A DNA stretch of 63,228 nt, filler included, from Octopus bimaculoides (lineage: Eukaryota): the NCBI RefSeq assembly GCF_001194135.2. It is 7 parts of 6 records of this genome, joined end to end, with 100 filler letters (N's around TTAATTAATTAA, not from the genome) between each part and the next. Parts side by side here need not be neighbours in the genome. Positions count along the whole stretch, not along the records: positions 28,168 to 35,143 come from NC_068987.1; positions 35,244 to 50,016 come from NC_068985.1; 5 more parts are not named here. One strand, written 5' to 3'. A program made the translations under genes and the position numbers. The notes below the pieces were generated by a model. That model worked only from the letters and a program-made list of their open reading frames with translations, had not been told where the DNA came from and made no database searches. This document shows positions 34,046-46,399 of the stretch, in pieces (the first letter of the stretch is position 1; the number at the start of each line of letters is the position of its first letter).

Positions 34046-35084
34046 TATANNNNNNNNNNNNNNNNNNNNNNNNNNNNNNNNNNNNNNNNNNNNNNNNNNN
34101 NNNNNNNNNNNNNNNNNNNNNNNNNNNNNNNNNNNNNNNNNNNNNNNNNNNNNNNNNNNNNNNNNNNNNNNNNNNNNNNNNNNNNNNNNNNNNNNNNNNN
34201 NNNNNNNNNNNNNNNNNNNNNNNNNNNNNNNNNNNNNNNNNNNNNNNNNNNNNNNNNNNNNNNNNNNNNNNNNNNNNNNNNNNNNNNNNNNNNNNNNNNN
34301 NNNNNNNNNNNNNNNNNNNNNNNNNNNNNNNNNNNNNNNNNNNNNNNNNNNNNNNNNNNNNNNNNNNNNNNNNNNNNNNNNNNNNNNNNNNNNNNNNNNN
34401 NNNNNNNNNNNATATATATATGTATATCCGCTTTGTAAAGGTAATTTACCCAATATTTCTGCTGTTCTAAACGCTTTTATGCGTTCGAAAGTAAATCACC
34501 ATTTTATTTGTATCTTACAATACACATTTCGACGCTTCTAAAAAGCGAATATTAGTTCGTTTATATTTACATATGCGCAGTTGTGCATTCAGCTTTCTAG
34601 TGTGTAAAATTGCAGATTAATTTGACAACGGGAAGTTTAGCTTAATGGTAAAGCACTTAGCCGGAATCTTCAAATAATGTGGGTTGAAGTCCCATGGCTG
34701 TTTGTTGACTTATCACCTTATTTGTACAACACATGTGTCGACCCTTCTAAAAACAATGTTAATTATGTTGATTTGTTTATATATATATATATATAATTCT
34801 TCTTTGTCGTTATGTGTATCAAAGCAAATAAACTATAAATAATAGCGTGCAAATATTGGGTGAAAAACCCTTTGTAAGCCTAACCTTAACCTTTGTAAAC
34901 AAGAAATGTAGGTTCAAGTCCTACGAACAGCGTTCTACTTTATCTATTAAAAGGGTTTTTAACCGAATATTTACATGTTATTATTTAGATATTTAGATTG
35001 TTATCTATTTGCGGTATACTGCTATCAAAAAAAAATTCACATTCTCTCGAAGCTTAAGAATTCTTATGACGTGAACAATACACG

Positions 35085-35143
<59 letters not shown>

Positions 35144-35263
35144 NNNNNNNNNNNNNNNNNNNNNNNNNNNNNNNNNNNNNNNNNNNNTTAATTAATTAAN
35201 NNNNNNNNNNNNNNNNNNNNNNNNNNNNNNNNNNNNNNNNNNNGGTAAGAGCTCTCTAAACTT

Positions 35264-35590
35264 GGCCCAGGCTATTCTTATTCTAGCAATTACACTTTCA
35301 GCGCACCCACCCCCACTACTAACTTGGTCACCCAGATAGCGGAAGCTATCAACTACCTCTAGTCTTTCTCCCTGGAATGAGATAGAAGTTGTTTCCTGTT
35401 TGTTTACAGTGTTTATTGCACCTGAACATCTGCCACATACAAAGACTAACTTTGTAGTTAATCTGCCTTTGATATTGCTGCACCTCTTATGTGTCCATAG
35501 CTTGCACCGGGTACATCTTATAGAGTTACTACCTCCTCCTTTACTGCATACTGAGCAGGGCCATCTACCTGAAGGGGTTTATTATATAAA
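35264..35590 (-). mobile_element. RTE-clade RT fragment containing a PHD-type (C4HC3) finger
   Basis: WPCSVCSKGGGSNSIRCTRCKLWTHKRCSNIKGRL...FVCGRC...GERLEVVDSFRYLGD...ARIRIAWAKFRELLP. Confidence 0.8.
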
Positions 35591-35609
35591 TATGTTATTG
35601 TGTCTGTGA

Positions 35610-35770
35610 TTGTCCCCCCACCATCACTTGACAACTGATGTTGGTGTGTTCACATCCCCGTAAGAGACCGATAGAATAAGTATTAGTCCTGGGGGCAATT
35701 TGTTCGAGTAAAGGTGGTGCTCCAGCATGGCCACAGTCAAATGACTGAAACAAATAAAAGAATAAAAGAA
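35610..35770 (+). mobile_element. SINE family B, 3' half with deletion
   Basis: GGTGCTCCAGCATGGCCACAGTCAAATGACTGAAAC tail. Confidence 0.75.
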
Positions 35771-35814
35771 AACATTATATACCTACATATTTATATGCAT
35801 ACATACATATGTTG

Positions 35815-36200
35815 AAAATGATGGTTCAAAGAAATACTTGTGGAGCTTAAAAATAAAAACTTCCACCAAATTAAAACACAATCACCTTGATTATGATGTT
35901 TGGGATCATACATGTTCTGTCATAGAAATTAGCTACCCACCTGATGTCAATGTCGTATGAAAACTGCAAGAGAAGGAGGATACTAAGGAACATTGATGTG
36001 AAGTTTGCAGATCCAGTATCCAAGGTACTTATTTGGCTAAATACCAATCATTGCTGGAGCTACAGGTTATACACCAACCCATCTGGACCAAAGTATAACT
36101 AAATTTGGATTTGTGGAGAAAGAACATAGTTCTTTAATTCATAATCTACAAATGTCCATGATATATGGAACTTTCAAAATTTGTAAAACGTTCTTATGGT
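35815..36200 (+). mobile_element. R4/Dong-like RLE fragment
   Basis: VWDHTCSVIEISYPPDVNV..KLQEKE...QYPRYLF..IPIIAGATGY...KFGF.EKE..LQ...GTFKICKTFL; homologous to 16445-16965. Confidence 0.7.
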
Positions 36201-36370
36201 TCAAAGGATAAACACCTATACAAGAAACAATAATTTCCTTTCCTTTACAACCCTGTTACTGGAAAGGTGGCCAGTCAAGAATAAAGTAAAAGTTAAGAAA
36301 CAAACAAACAAGCATGTATGCACACGTAAATAAATAGATAAATACATGCATGCATACACACACACACATG

Positions 36371-36591
36371 TACAAGGGGGTGATGAAAAGTTCTTGGCTT
36401 TAAGGGTATTGCAAAAAACATAGTTGGAGGCCAAACCTTCTGAGTTCTTTTACATGGCTTAGAAAAACTAAAGGACCACTGCAAAAAGTGTGTGAATCCG
36501 AGAGGGGAATATGTTGAATAAAATCATAATTAACTGATTCTCCTGTATTTTCTTTAACCCAAAGTCAGGAACTTTTCAGCACCCCCTTGTA
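36371..36591. mobile_element. Mariner-derived MITE with TA TSD
   Basis: TA|CAAGGGGGTG.TGAAAAGTTC ... GAACTTTTCAGCACCCCCTTG|TA; internal GLEKL..HCKKCV...GEYVE* mariner C-terminus. Confidence 0.85.
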
Positions 36592-36774
36592 CATACATGC
36601 ATGCATACATGCATACATACATACATACAATGCACACATACATACATGCATGCGTGCATGCTTGCGTACATACATAAATACATACATACACATACACATA
36701 CACACACACGTGTGTGTGTATGTATGTACGTACGTACGTACATACGTACATACGTACATACATACATTCATACA

Positions 36775-36805
<31 letters not shown>

Positions 36806-36859
36806 GATTTGATTTGATTTGATTGCTGAATGGAGAAAATCAGTTCCCCAGACAAATTC

Positions 36860-37790
36860 TGTGCATTAGTGGTCTCACTATCTCTTCTATCTCACACAAA
36901 GAATGCTACAAGTACCTAGGCATTGATGAAAACATATCATATGAAGGTGCCGTGAATAATGATAGTGACCCAAGTATGTTACACCAGACAAAGAAAAATA
37001 TGGTAATCTGAATTCACCTCTTACAACAAAACAATATCTTAATGCATTTTCAGTACCAGTGCTGATTCCAACATTTGGGATATTTGACTGGTCTATAGAA
37101 GAAATCCACTCCATAGACTTTAAAACCTGCAAGATTCTAACATCTCCACAAAAATAGTAATATTGACAGGCTCTACCTAAGCAGAATTAAAGGAGGTAGA
37201 GGCTTGAGATCAGTACTGACAACCTTCAAATGTTGCATAGTCTGTCCCAGACAACACTTGCTAAACAACAGCAGCAACAATAAATACATAAACTTAGTGC
37301 TGAAAAGTGAAGAAAATAATATCTTTCTAGTTGGAAGTAAGCTCCTCAGGAAGCACTCTCTTCCTGATGACCTCCCATACAACCCCAAATAAGCTAGTCT
37401 AGCATACCTCAAAGAAGACTTGGAGGTGAAATACTCAGCATACCAAAAAATGACCATGCATGGGTATGTTTCTCAAAGACTTGAAGAAGATAGTAACACT
37501 GACATGAGGCAAAGCCTCTCTTGGATTTGTGACCACTACATCACATCACACCTTGAAGGCTATACATATGCAATCCAAGAACAGGAGATTGCTACTAAAT
37601 ATATAATCAACAAAAGAGACAGTGAAGCCCGTGGTGTTCCAAGATGCAACCATAAATGTAAATTATGTCGCATTTCTGTGGAAGACATCACACGTGAGTA
37701 GCAGCTGCCCCATAACTTTCCAAATTACTCATCACCTAAAATATAAGATATTTGTATCAAGTCGAAAGAAAGCTACATTTTTATATCTAT
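36860..37790 (+). mobile_element. R4/Dong-like RT C-terminus and CCHC fragment
   Basis: YKYLGIDE, NAFSVPVL..TFG..DW, DRLYLSR..GGRGL, EGYTYAIQEQEI.TK, CKLCRISVEDITHVSSSC. Confidence 0.8.
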
Positions 37791-37892
37791 TTGTAAAGAG
37801 TCATTATAAACATATGGCATAGTGGTCAAGATTCCAAGATTCTGAGTTCGATTCCAGGCAGTGATCTGAATAATAATAATGATAATAACAAC

Positions 37893-40428
37893 TGTGGTAT
37901 GACGTCAGCAACTGGGGAGCTGACCACTGACCAGAACCATGAACTGACCGGAACTGGGAGCTGACCGGAAGAGGAAGAGGGGCAGAAGGAGCCTTGAGTG
38001 GGATTTTGTGCTCTTTTCGAGCGGGGGTTGTTGCGACAAGAAGACGTGCGAGGCGATCGTCTAGGTGAGGGAGAGGCAGCTGCTATTTCTAGCGTTCTTT
38101 GGGTCGGGCCAGGTGCAAGGACAGGATACCACAAGACAGGCTCAAGCGGCAGAAGGAAGATGAGGTAAGCTGATTAATTCTAATCACTCGCACACTCCAC
38201 AAGCTATTTCAGCGCCACGTGTAAAACTTCACCGTGATGGCAGCTAAGATCAGAATCGCCAGCGATGTGATCAGGCCTTTTAATGGCGAGGATGATGTAA
38301 TGGCCTGGATGTGAATGATCAGGCTTGTGGCGAGACTGTAGTGCCAGTCACTGAGGTAGTGAGTCACCTGGAGAGGTTTGGGCTGATTGTGAAGCTGCCA
38401 GAGTCGATGGTGGGGGGGAGCTGCGCTGGGGCTGGTGTTCCAGAGCTGGTGTTCGGAGAGGAAACGAGATCCCAGAGCTGAGTTCCAGCGTCAGCAGGAG
38501 AGTGTTGTTCTCGGTTTGTGGGAAGTTGGTTGGACACTACCCGATCACTGGATGGCTGCGCACAGCATGCAGTTACACCAAGAGACGAGCAGAGGGGGAG
38601 AGTTGGGGTGACAAGGTGGGAGAGGCGACGGTGGCGATGATGCGGGAAATCCTAGAGAGGACAAGAGCGGAAGACCCAGTTAGGGGAAACTGGTATGTGC
38701 CCAAGACGGAATGCTGGACGGGTTCGTGCGATGCTAGCAGTATAGCGATAGGGCTTGTGTTGGAGATTGAAGGTGCTGAGGTGGAGGATGCGGCCTGGCT
38801 ACAGAAAGTAGACGACTTCAACCAAATCAATGTCGCTGAACTAGATGCGTTGCTGAAAGGGGTGAACTTGGCCTTGAGATGAGGGCTGCACTCGATCGAG
38901 ATCCGGATGAATTCGGCCACTGCGGTCAGCTGGGTAGGATCAGTGATTACCACTGAGAAGAGAGTTCAGAAGAAAGGTGCCGCAGAGATGTTGGTGAAAT
39001 GCCGCCTCGGAGTTCTAGGAGAGCTGGTCGCCGAGTTCTGACTGAAACTGAATGTGGTTTTCATGCCTTCGGTGAGAAACAGGGTAGACGCACTGACTAG
39101 GGTGAAAAGGGCGTGGCTGGAGGAGCCGGAGGAAACAAAGAAAGGGATAGCTGCAGCGTGTCGGCTGGATGACTCCGAACTGAAGAAGTTACATGCTATG
39201 CACCACTTGGGGGTGGATAGGACCCTGTATCTTGCAAAGGTGATCAATGCTGATGTCACTAGGAGAAGCATCAAGAAAGTAGTCGGTAACTGTGACAGGT
39301 GCCAGTCCATTGACCCCACCCCGGGTGGGCATGAGCAAGGGAACCTCTCGGTAGAGCGCAACTGGAAGAGACTAGCTGTGGATGTGACGCACTACCGTCA
39401 GGGAATGTATCACACCATGGTCGACTGCAGGCCGGGTTGGCTAGCCATTTGAAGGGAGTTGAGGACAGGCATTGCTGATGAGATTGCCCGGATTTTGAAT
39501 GGGATATTCTTGGAGAGGGGTCCTGTGGAAGAACTGATAATGGACAACAGGGCGGCATTTCGTTCGGATGCGTTGGGGGAGATGCTCGACCAGTAGAAGG
39601 TGCGACGATTGTTCAGAGCGGCGTATAGGCCGAGCGGCCACAGAATCGTAGAGAGGCACCATTGGACAATCAAGGTCATGTCTGAAAGGGGACACATTTC
39701 GCCTCTGGAAGCGGTTTTCTGGTATAACCTGTCTCCACAATCTGGACAAGCGGAAGAATCTGTGCCGCACAGAGCAGTGTTCAAGTATGAATGGAGGCAT
39801 CCCAGTAAGACGCCAGAGTACTGCGTGGAAGAGAAGGAACCCGCAGGCATGAAAGTAGGGGAGGAAGTCTGGGTTAAGCCACCGAAGGTACGCTGCATGT
39901 CGCAATGGGGCAGGAGAATGGTGACGGCGGTCAATTCCAGAAACAATGTATCCGTGGATGGATTGCCGCATCATGTGCTGGACCTGCACAGGATAGCCAC
40001 TTCGTTTGATGAAGAGTGTGGAGAGGGAAATGAAGCACCTGGCTTGAGAAGATCTTGATGCGTAAGGCGCCCACCCGGTTGGATGACGGAGTTCGACGTG
40101 GAGTAGGGGCGGATGTGATCTTTAAGATCAGGGTGACGTGTGGTATGACGTCAGCAACTAGGGAGCTGACTGCTGACAAGAACTGGGAGCTGACTGGAAG
40201 AGGAAGCGGGCAGAGGGAGCCTCAAGTGGGATTTCATGCCCTTTTCGAGCGGGGTTGTTGCGACGAGAAGACGTGTGAGGCGATCGTCTAGGTGAGGGAG
40301 AGGCAGCTGCTATTTCTAGCGTTCTTCAGGTCGGGTCAGGTGCAAGGACAGGATACCACAAGATAGGCTCGAGCAGTGGAAGGAAAATGAGGTAAGCTGA
40401 TTAATTCTAATCACTCACACACACCACA
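37893..40428 (+). mobile_element. LTR retrotransposon with both LTRs, internally deleted (gag start, end of RT, RNase H, integrase)
   Basis: LTRs 37893-38201 and 40139-40428 (TGTGG..CCACA), TSD ACAAC; CDASSIAIG, QINVAELDA; HAMHHLGVDRT..CDRCQSIDP, RLAVDVTHY, DN, NRIVERHH-like integrase motifs; stops present. Confidence 0.92.
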
Positions 40429-40484
40429 ACAACAACATCGAAAAATACCTTAGGAATGAGAATCCCGGTTCAAAATTTCCCCAA

Positions 40485-40530
40485 GACACCTGATGAAGGC
40501 TGGAGGGTATATCAGCCAAAACGTTGTGTT
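40485..40530 (+). ncRNA. Hammerhead motif with a core mutation (GAAAC to AAAAC), probably inactive
   Basis: GACAC CUGAUGA A GGCUG..CAGCC AAAAC GUU GUGUU. Confidence 0.55.
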
Positions 40531-42189
40531 AACAACAAACAAGATGAGGACGAATATCCGTCAAATGTAAATATTGCAAATAGTGTCATTACAGGTTGTA
40601 TAAAGAATCACAAATGTGATTTATGGTTTACTGCAGGAGGAAGCAACATACTCTGAGGTTATCTAGATCGGGTATCTGGTTTAGTTATCCTCTGATATAT
40701 GGTCTGATTGCTTGCAACAAAGTAGACTCCATTAACGATTAAACTGAATGACAAGATAAGTCTACCATCTTAGAAATATAATGATGATAATTTCCCTCAA
40801 CTAAGTTTCACCCATAAGGTTTGGGCAAAGTCTGTGGCAAAAAACACTTACCTTAAAATGCCAGGAAATAAAAGCAAACCAGAATCACATGATTGCAAAG
40901 AAAACTACCTGCATAGCTGTACTCAGAAGAATTTCAAATACATTCTAGTGGTGTTTACATGTTTTTTTCAAAACTCTGCTGTTTTATTACTATGAAAAAA
41001 TTATGATTTGTCCTGTATACATAAGCCAGTTAAAAAAAGTATGAGTCTTAAAGCAAGAGGTCATGAGAGTGGTACAAAGTTTTATAGAATTAGAACCTTC
41101 CATGAAATAATAAATATTATCTAATCATTACTAAAATATTTCATTAGCATTCCATGTTTTCTAATGATAGAGTTATTTCATACATTGTTAACTAACGTTC
41201 TGATAATAAACACATAATAATGCAATACTTTAGCATGTGAGTTGCAAAGCCTAATTTTGGAATGTATTCTTTGTGAAAAAGAATGTTAATGTTATTTTGT
41301 TTTATTATTTGAAGCTTTCTGTTTCAAATAGTTATTTAAAAATTTGAGTTTTCTGTTCATTTTCAAAAATGACTACTTCAGTAATGGAAGCTATAAAATT
41401 ATTTTAGTTGTACACTTCTCCAAGTGTCTAGGTGTCTGCTATACTAGTATTGTGGTTTGAGAAAATATTGAAATTGAAGTGTTCATTGAAGCTGAATAGT
41501 TTGATTGTTTACTCAAATTAAGTGTTTCAGTTTTATAGATTAACCTTCAGAGTAGCTGTACTTAAAAATTAACTCAAAACACATCACAAAATTCTGTTTG
41601 AACTTGCTGGATTTTATATGTCATCAATTTATAGTTGAGTAAACATACTTTTTATATGTATTAAGATTTAGACTAACAACCATGGCGGGATGAGAGAAGA
41701 ACATGAAGGTGCTTTGAGGCTGTGACTTAAAAGCATTCAGCAAAACAAAGAATATCTTGAACTCTAGTCTTTTTAGACAACTCAAGAAGAGAGTGTTATA
41801 ATAGCAATTGAAACATCATAAATAGGTGTGAAGCTTAGAACCTCACTAGGTGCATAGCCAAGTCTTTTAATGGCTCCTACACTCAGATGCTCAAGATGGC
41901 TTTCACCATCAGTTGGATGTAGAAAGGGGCCTATGAACAACTCTATAATTCATCGATAACAATGATAGGTATAATGTGGCTGCAGCTTACTGAGCACTGT
42001 CTGCCAATACCTATAATTAACTACCAATCAAGTCAACATCTGGGACCCACCTTATGAAAGGATAAAATGTAAGCGACCTTATGGTGAAGACAGTGGTACT
42101 GCAGCTGCTGATGACATAGAGCACAGATGATTTAATGGGATATGTTATATGTCTGTCATGTCTGACACAAATGTAATTGACAAATAAAT

Positions 42190-42397
42190 TACTCTTTTAC
42201 TCTTTTAATTGTTTCAGTCATTTGACTGTGGCCATGCTGGAGCACCGCCTTTAGTCGAGCAAATCGACCCCAGGAATTATTCTTTGTAAGCCTAGTACTT
42301 ATTCTATTGCTCTTTTTTGCTGAACTACTAAGTTATAGGGACGTAAACACACCAGCATCGGTTATCAAGCGATGTTGGGACTACAAACACAGACACA

Positions 42398-42431
<34 letters not shown>
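42190..42431 (-). mobile_element. SINE family B, 3' half
   Basis: GACTGTGGCCATGCTGGAGCACCGCCTTTAGTCGAGCAAATCGACCCCAGG. Confidence 0.85.
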
Positions 42432-43308
42432 NNNNNNNNNNNNNNNNNNNNNNNNNNNNNNNNNNNNNNNNNNNNNNNNNNNNNNNNNNNNNNNNNNNNN
42501 NNNNNNNNNNNNNNNNNNNNNNNNNNNNNNNNNNNNNNNNNNNNNNNNNNNNNNNNNNNNNNNNNNNNNNNNNNNNNNNNNNNNNNNNNNNNNNNNNNNN
42601 NNNNNNNNNNNNNNNNNNNNNNNNNNNNNNNNNNNNNNNNNNNNNNNNNNNNNNNNNNNNNNNNNNNNNNNNNNNNNNNNNNNNNNNNNNNNNNNNNNNN
42701 NNNNNNNNNNNNNNNNNNNNNNNNNNNNNNNNNNNNNNNNNNNNNNNNNNNNNNNNNNNNNNNNNNNNNNNNNNNNNNNNNNNNNNNNNNNNNNNNNNNN
42801 NNNNNNNNNNNNNNNNNNNNNNNNNNNNNNNNNNNNNNNNNNNNNNNNNNNNNNNNNNNNNNNNNNNNNNNNNNNNNNNNNNNNNNNNNNNNNNNNNNNN
42901 NNNNNNNNNNNNNNNNNNNNNNNNNNNNNNNNNNNNNNNNNNNNNNNNNNNNNNNNNNNNNNNNNNNNNNNNNNNNNNNNNNNNNNNNNNNNNNNNNNNN
43001 NNNNNNNNNNNNNNNNNNNNNNNNNNNNNNNNNNNNNNNNNNNNNNNNNNNNNNNNNNNNNNNNNNNNNNNNNNNNNNNNNNNNNNNNNNNNNNNNNNNN
43101 NNNNNNNNNNNNNNNNNNNNNNNNNNNNNNNNNNNNNNNNNNNNNNNNNNNNNNNNNNNNNNNNNNNNNNNNNNNNNNNNNNNNNNNNNNNNNNNNNNNN
43201 NNNNNNNNNNNNNNNNNNNNNNNNNNNNNNNNNNNNNNNNNNNNNNNNNNNNNNNNNNNNNNNNNNNNNNNNNNNNNNNNNNNNNNNNNNNNNNNNNNNN
43301 NNNNNNNN

Positions 43309-43880
43309 AGACCGTTACACGTCCGCATCAAAGAACATATGAACACGAGAGCCTCCTCCTTCAGAAAACATCTAGACAGATGCCGGAACACTGATAAAAG
43401 CATAACAGTCACAATTGAGGCCAATGAAAGAAATTTGGGTAATTTAAGAATCAAGGAAGCTTTACTCATACACAGACTAGGACCCCAAATTAACAACAGG
43501 ATGGAAGTTGGCAATCCATATATTATTTAGCTACATCTGGATGTGTGTAGGTTAATTCTTAATAACATGCTCATGTATTGTTTACAACAAAAAAAAAGAA
43601 GGGCAAAAAAAAAAATGAGAAGCTGCATGTATAACACATAACTTAGAAGCAGCGCCACAGATGTACCAGCACAAGACACACGAGATTGAAACCGCCAACC
43701 TCACGCACTTCTCATGAGGAATTCCAGAAGAAGCTTTGTGAGACCACTACTGAGACACTTCCGAAAAAAGAAAAACCGTTGGAAAACAGTTTATAGCAGA
43801 GACTCCAGCAAATAAGATCTGAAGAAGGAATTCTAATGCCGAAATATCATCGGACTATAGATAACCAAGTTACAACAGGT
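43309..43880 (+). mobile_element. PLE 3' end: GIY-YIG endonuclease C-terminus and downstream pseudo-LTR
   Basis: RPLHVRIKEH....SSFRKHL..C....IEANE.....IKEALLIHRLGPQINNR; hammerhead-like motif at 43816-43851. Confidence 0.8.
43816..43851 (+). ncRNA. Minimal hammerhead motif (CUGAAGA variant)
   Basis: GAU CUGAAGA A GGAAU-UCUA-AUGCC GAAAU AUC AUC; 3-bp stem I, one mismatch in stem II. Confidence 0.5.
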
Positions 43881-43930
43881 ATATAGTCCATTTTTTGTTC
43901 TATAGTGCATTGTTATACCTTTCTAAACTT

Positions 43931-43962
<32 letters not shown>

Positions 43963-44327
43963 TATATGNNNNNNNNNNNNNNNNNNNNNNNNNNNNNNNN
44001 NNNNNNNNNNNNNNNNNNNNNNNNNNNNNNNNNNNNNNNNNNNNNNNNNNNNNNNNNNNNNNNNNNNNNNNNNNNNNNNNNNNNNNNNNNNNNNNNNNNN
44101 NNNNNNNNNNNNNNNNNNNNNNNNNNNNNNNNNNNNNNNNNNNNNNNNNNNNNNNNNNNNNNNNNNNNNNNNNNNNNNNNNNNNNNNNNNNNNNNNNNNN
44201 NNNNNNNNNNNNNNNNNNNNNNNNNNNNNNNNNNNNNNNNNNNNNNNNNNNNNNNNNNNNNNNNNNNNNNNNNNNNNNNNNNNNNNNNNNNNNNNNNNNN
44301 NNNNNNNGCCTCGGGCCGACCAAAGCC

Positions 44328-44378
44328 TTGTGAGTAGATTTGGTAGACGGAAACTGAAAGAAGCCCGTCGTATATATG

Positions 44379-44409
<31 letters not shown>

Positions 44410-44626
44410 ATGTGTTTGTGTGTCTGTGTTTGTCCCCCCAACATCGCTTGACAACCGATGCTGGTGTGTTTATGTCCCTGTAACTTAGCGGTTTGGCAAA
44501 AGAGACCAATAGAATAAGTACTAGGCTTCTAAAGAATAAGTCCTGGGGTCGATTTACTCGACTAAAGGCGGTGCTCCAGCATGGCCACAGTCAAAAGACT
44601 GAAACAAGTAAAAGAGTAAAAGAGAG
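44328..44626 (+). mobile_element. SINE family B
   Basis: GCCTCGGGCCGACCAAAGCCTTGTGAG..GGCGGTGCTCCAGCATGG..GTAAAAGAGTAAAAGAG. Confidence 0.9.
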
Positions 44627-45664
44627 TAATATGTTCTACAAAATTTTTCTGTCTTGTAGTGAGTCCAACAACTGAAGGTTTGACAATAATTTTTATTTAT
44701 GCAATAAATAAAACAAATTTTGAAGGAGAAAGATATATATAGGCAGTATCTTATTGATTGTGAAGATATAAAAAGCAAATTTACCCAAATTTAAACAAAG
44801 GGCAGTGAACTTGTCTGTTCCTTTAAAGTATATCTATTTCTACTCTTTACTGTTTTTGTTCTATTCCACTAAGCTTTTTAACCATTTAGCATTCAAGTTA
44901 CTCTGTGAAATATAATGTTTATTATTCACCTTTTAAAAAATTAGTCATGTATCATCTTGTAGCTTAGAGATTTCAAATATATAATTGTTTATTTTTAGAA
45001 TGACATTGTAGTGTAGGTGTGAGATGCTGAATCTAGCTAGTTTCAACAAAAACCAGTAGAAATATTTGCGTTGGATATGACTGGTTTAAATGCTAAAGGG
45101 CTAAGCAATTATGAAACATTATTTGATATTATAAGATAATATTTGATATTATTTGATAATATAGATATTATGTGATATTATAAGAAGCAACCTGAAACAG
45201 AGAATATAAAAATAACTTTATATTGAAAATTAGAAAAAATTGAAACCATGAAAAGATGGAAAACATACAAATGATCATCAATGTTTTCCCAGATAATTAA
45301 GATATCTAACTATGCACATATGATTTTAATTATTTTGGATGCAAAAGATTTTTTAATGATTTAAAAAAAATTAAATCTAGTGAAATTTGACTCCTTTTCT
45401 AAAAATTTTGGACCTCAGAATATTTCTGTTAGAAATAAAGTTTCATAAGGTATTTAATCTGAAATTATCTAGTTATTCATAAAATGTCACACAAGAAAAG
45501 TGGAATTATTAATTCATTATTTGAAAAGGTCATATGTGCAACACATGAATTATAGAAATATCTTTTAAACGATGGTCAAGTTGGAATATCTAACTTAGTC
45601 TTAACTTAAATTTTAATAGATAGTATATATATATACATATATATATATAAGACTTTTTAAATAC

Positions 45665-46040
45665 TGGCACATAAAAAGTACCATTTGAGTGTGGTCAATG
45701 CCAGTGCCAGCTGACTGGTCCTGTGCCAGCGGCATGTAAAAAAGCACTGTTCGAGTGTGGTCATTGCCAGTGCCGTCTGACTACCTCCCATGCCAGTAGC
45801 ACGTAAAAAGCACCATTCAAACATGGTCGATGTCAGTACTGCTTCACTGGCTCTTGTGCCGGTGGCACATAAAAAGCACCCACTATACTCTTGGAGTGGT
45901 TGGTGTTAGGAAGGGCATCCAACTGTAGAAACTTTGTCAGATCAGATTGGTGCAGCCTTCTGACTTGCCAGCCCTCAGTCAAACCGTCCAACCCATGCCA
46001 GCATGGAAAGCGGACGTTAAACGATGATGATGATGATGTC
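45665..46040 (+). mobile_element. Non-autonomous RTE-tail element with tandem ~60-bp units
   Basis: Three to four GGCAYRTAAAAAGCAC units, then GGTGTTAGGAAGGGCATCCA..CATGCCAGCATGGAAAGCGGACGTTAAACGATGATGAT. Confidence 0.8.
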
Positions 46041-46399
46041 AACGAATCTGAAGGAAATATGGCTTTATTACAAATCTAAGGTAAGAACATTTCAAGCCTA
46101 TGTATGTAGTCATAATTCTCTAGCAAATTCTTGACAGAGTATAACCACGTTGTAACTAGTTCTTATACATTGCTAATGCATTTAAGAAAGGATTTGGTGT
46201 AACAACTTCCATTCAATATTGCGAATAAATTAAAATTTACAAACGTTTAATTTTATAAAAAATCGTTTGAATTATTGCAACCTTAAGTTGTTTTAATTCA
46301 ATTGACTTCTCTTTCTAAATCTCAATTCTCAATAATGTAAAAATAAGGTAAGGGTAATGTTTTTCCAGATTTAACTTATTTCTAATTAATTTATAGTTC

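Larger units (their letters stand above)
37815..40582 (+). mobile_element. tRNA-headed SINE with hammerhead-bearing PLE-type tail, split by an LTR element (head 37815-37892, tail 40429-40582)
   Basis: A box TGGCATAGTGG, B box GAGTTCGATTCC, CAGTGATCTG(AAT)n; after the LTR element the sequence resumes AACATCGAAAAATACCTTAGGAATGAG.. as in the 23498 copy. Confidence 0.8.

Noticed and set aside
34630-34700. tRNA-like sequence (TAGCTTAATGG A box, GGTTGAAGTCC B box)
   Set aside because: No pairing acceptor or anticodon stems; more likely a decayed SINE head than a tRNA gene
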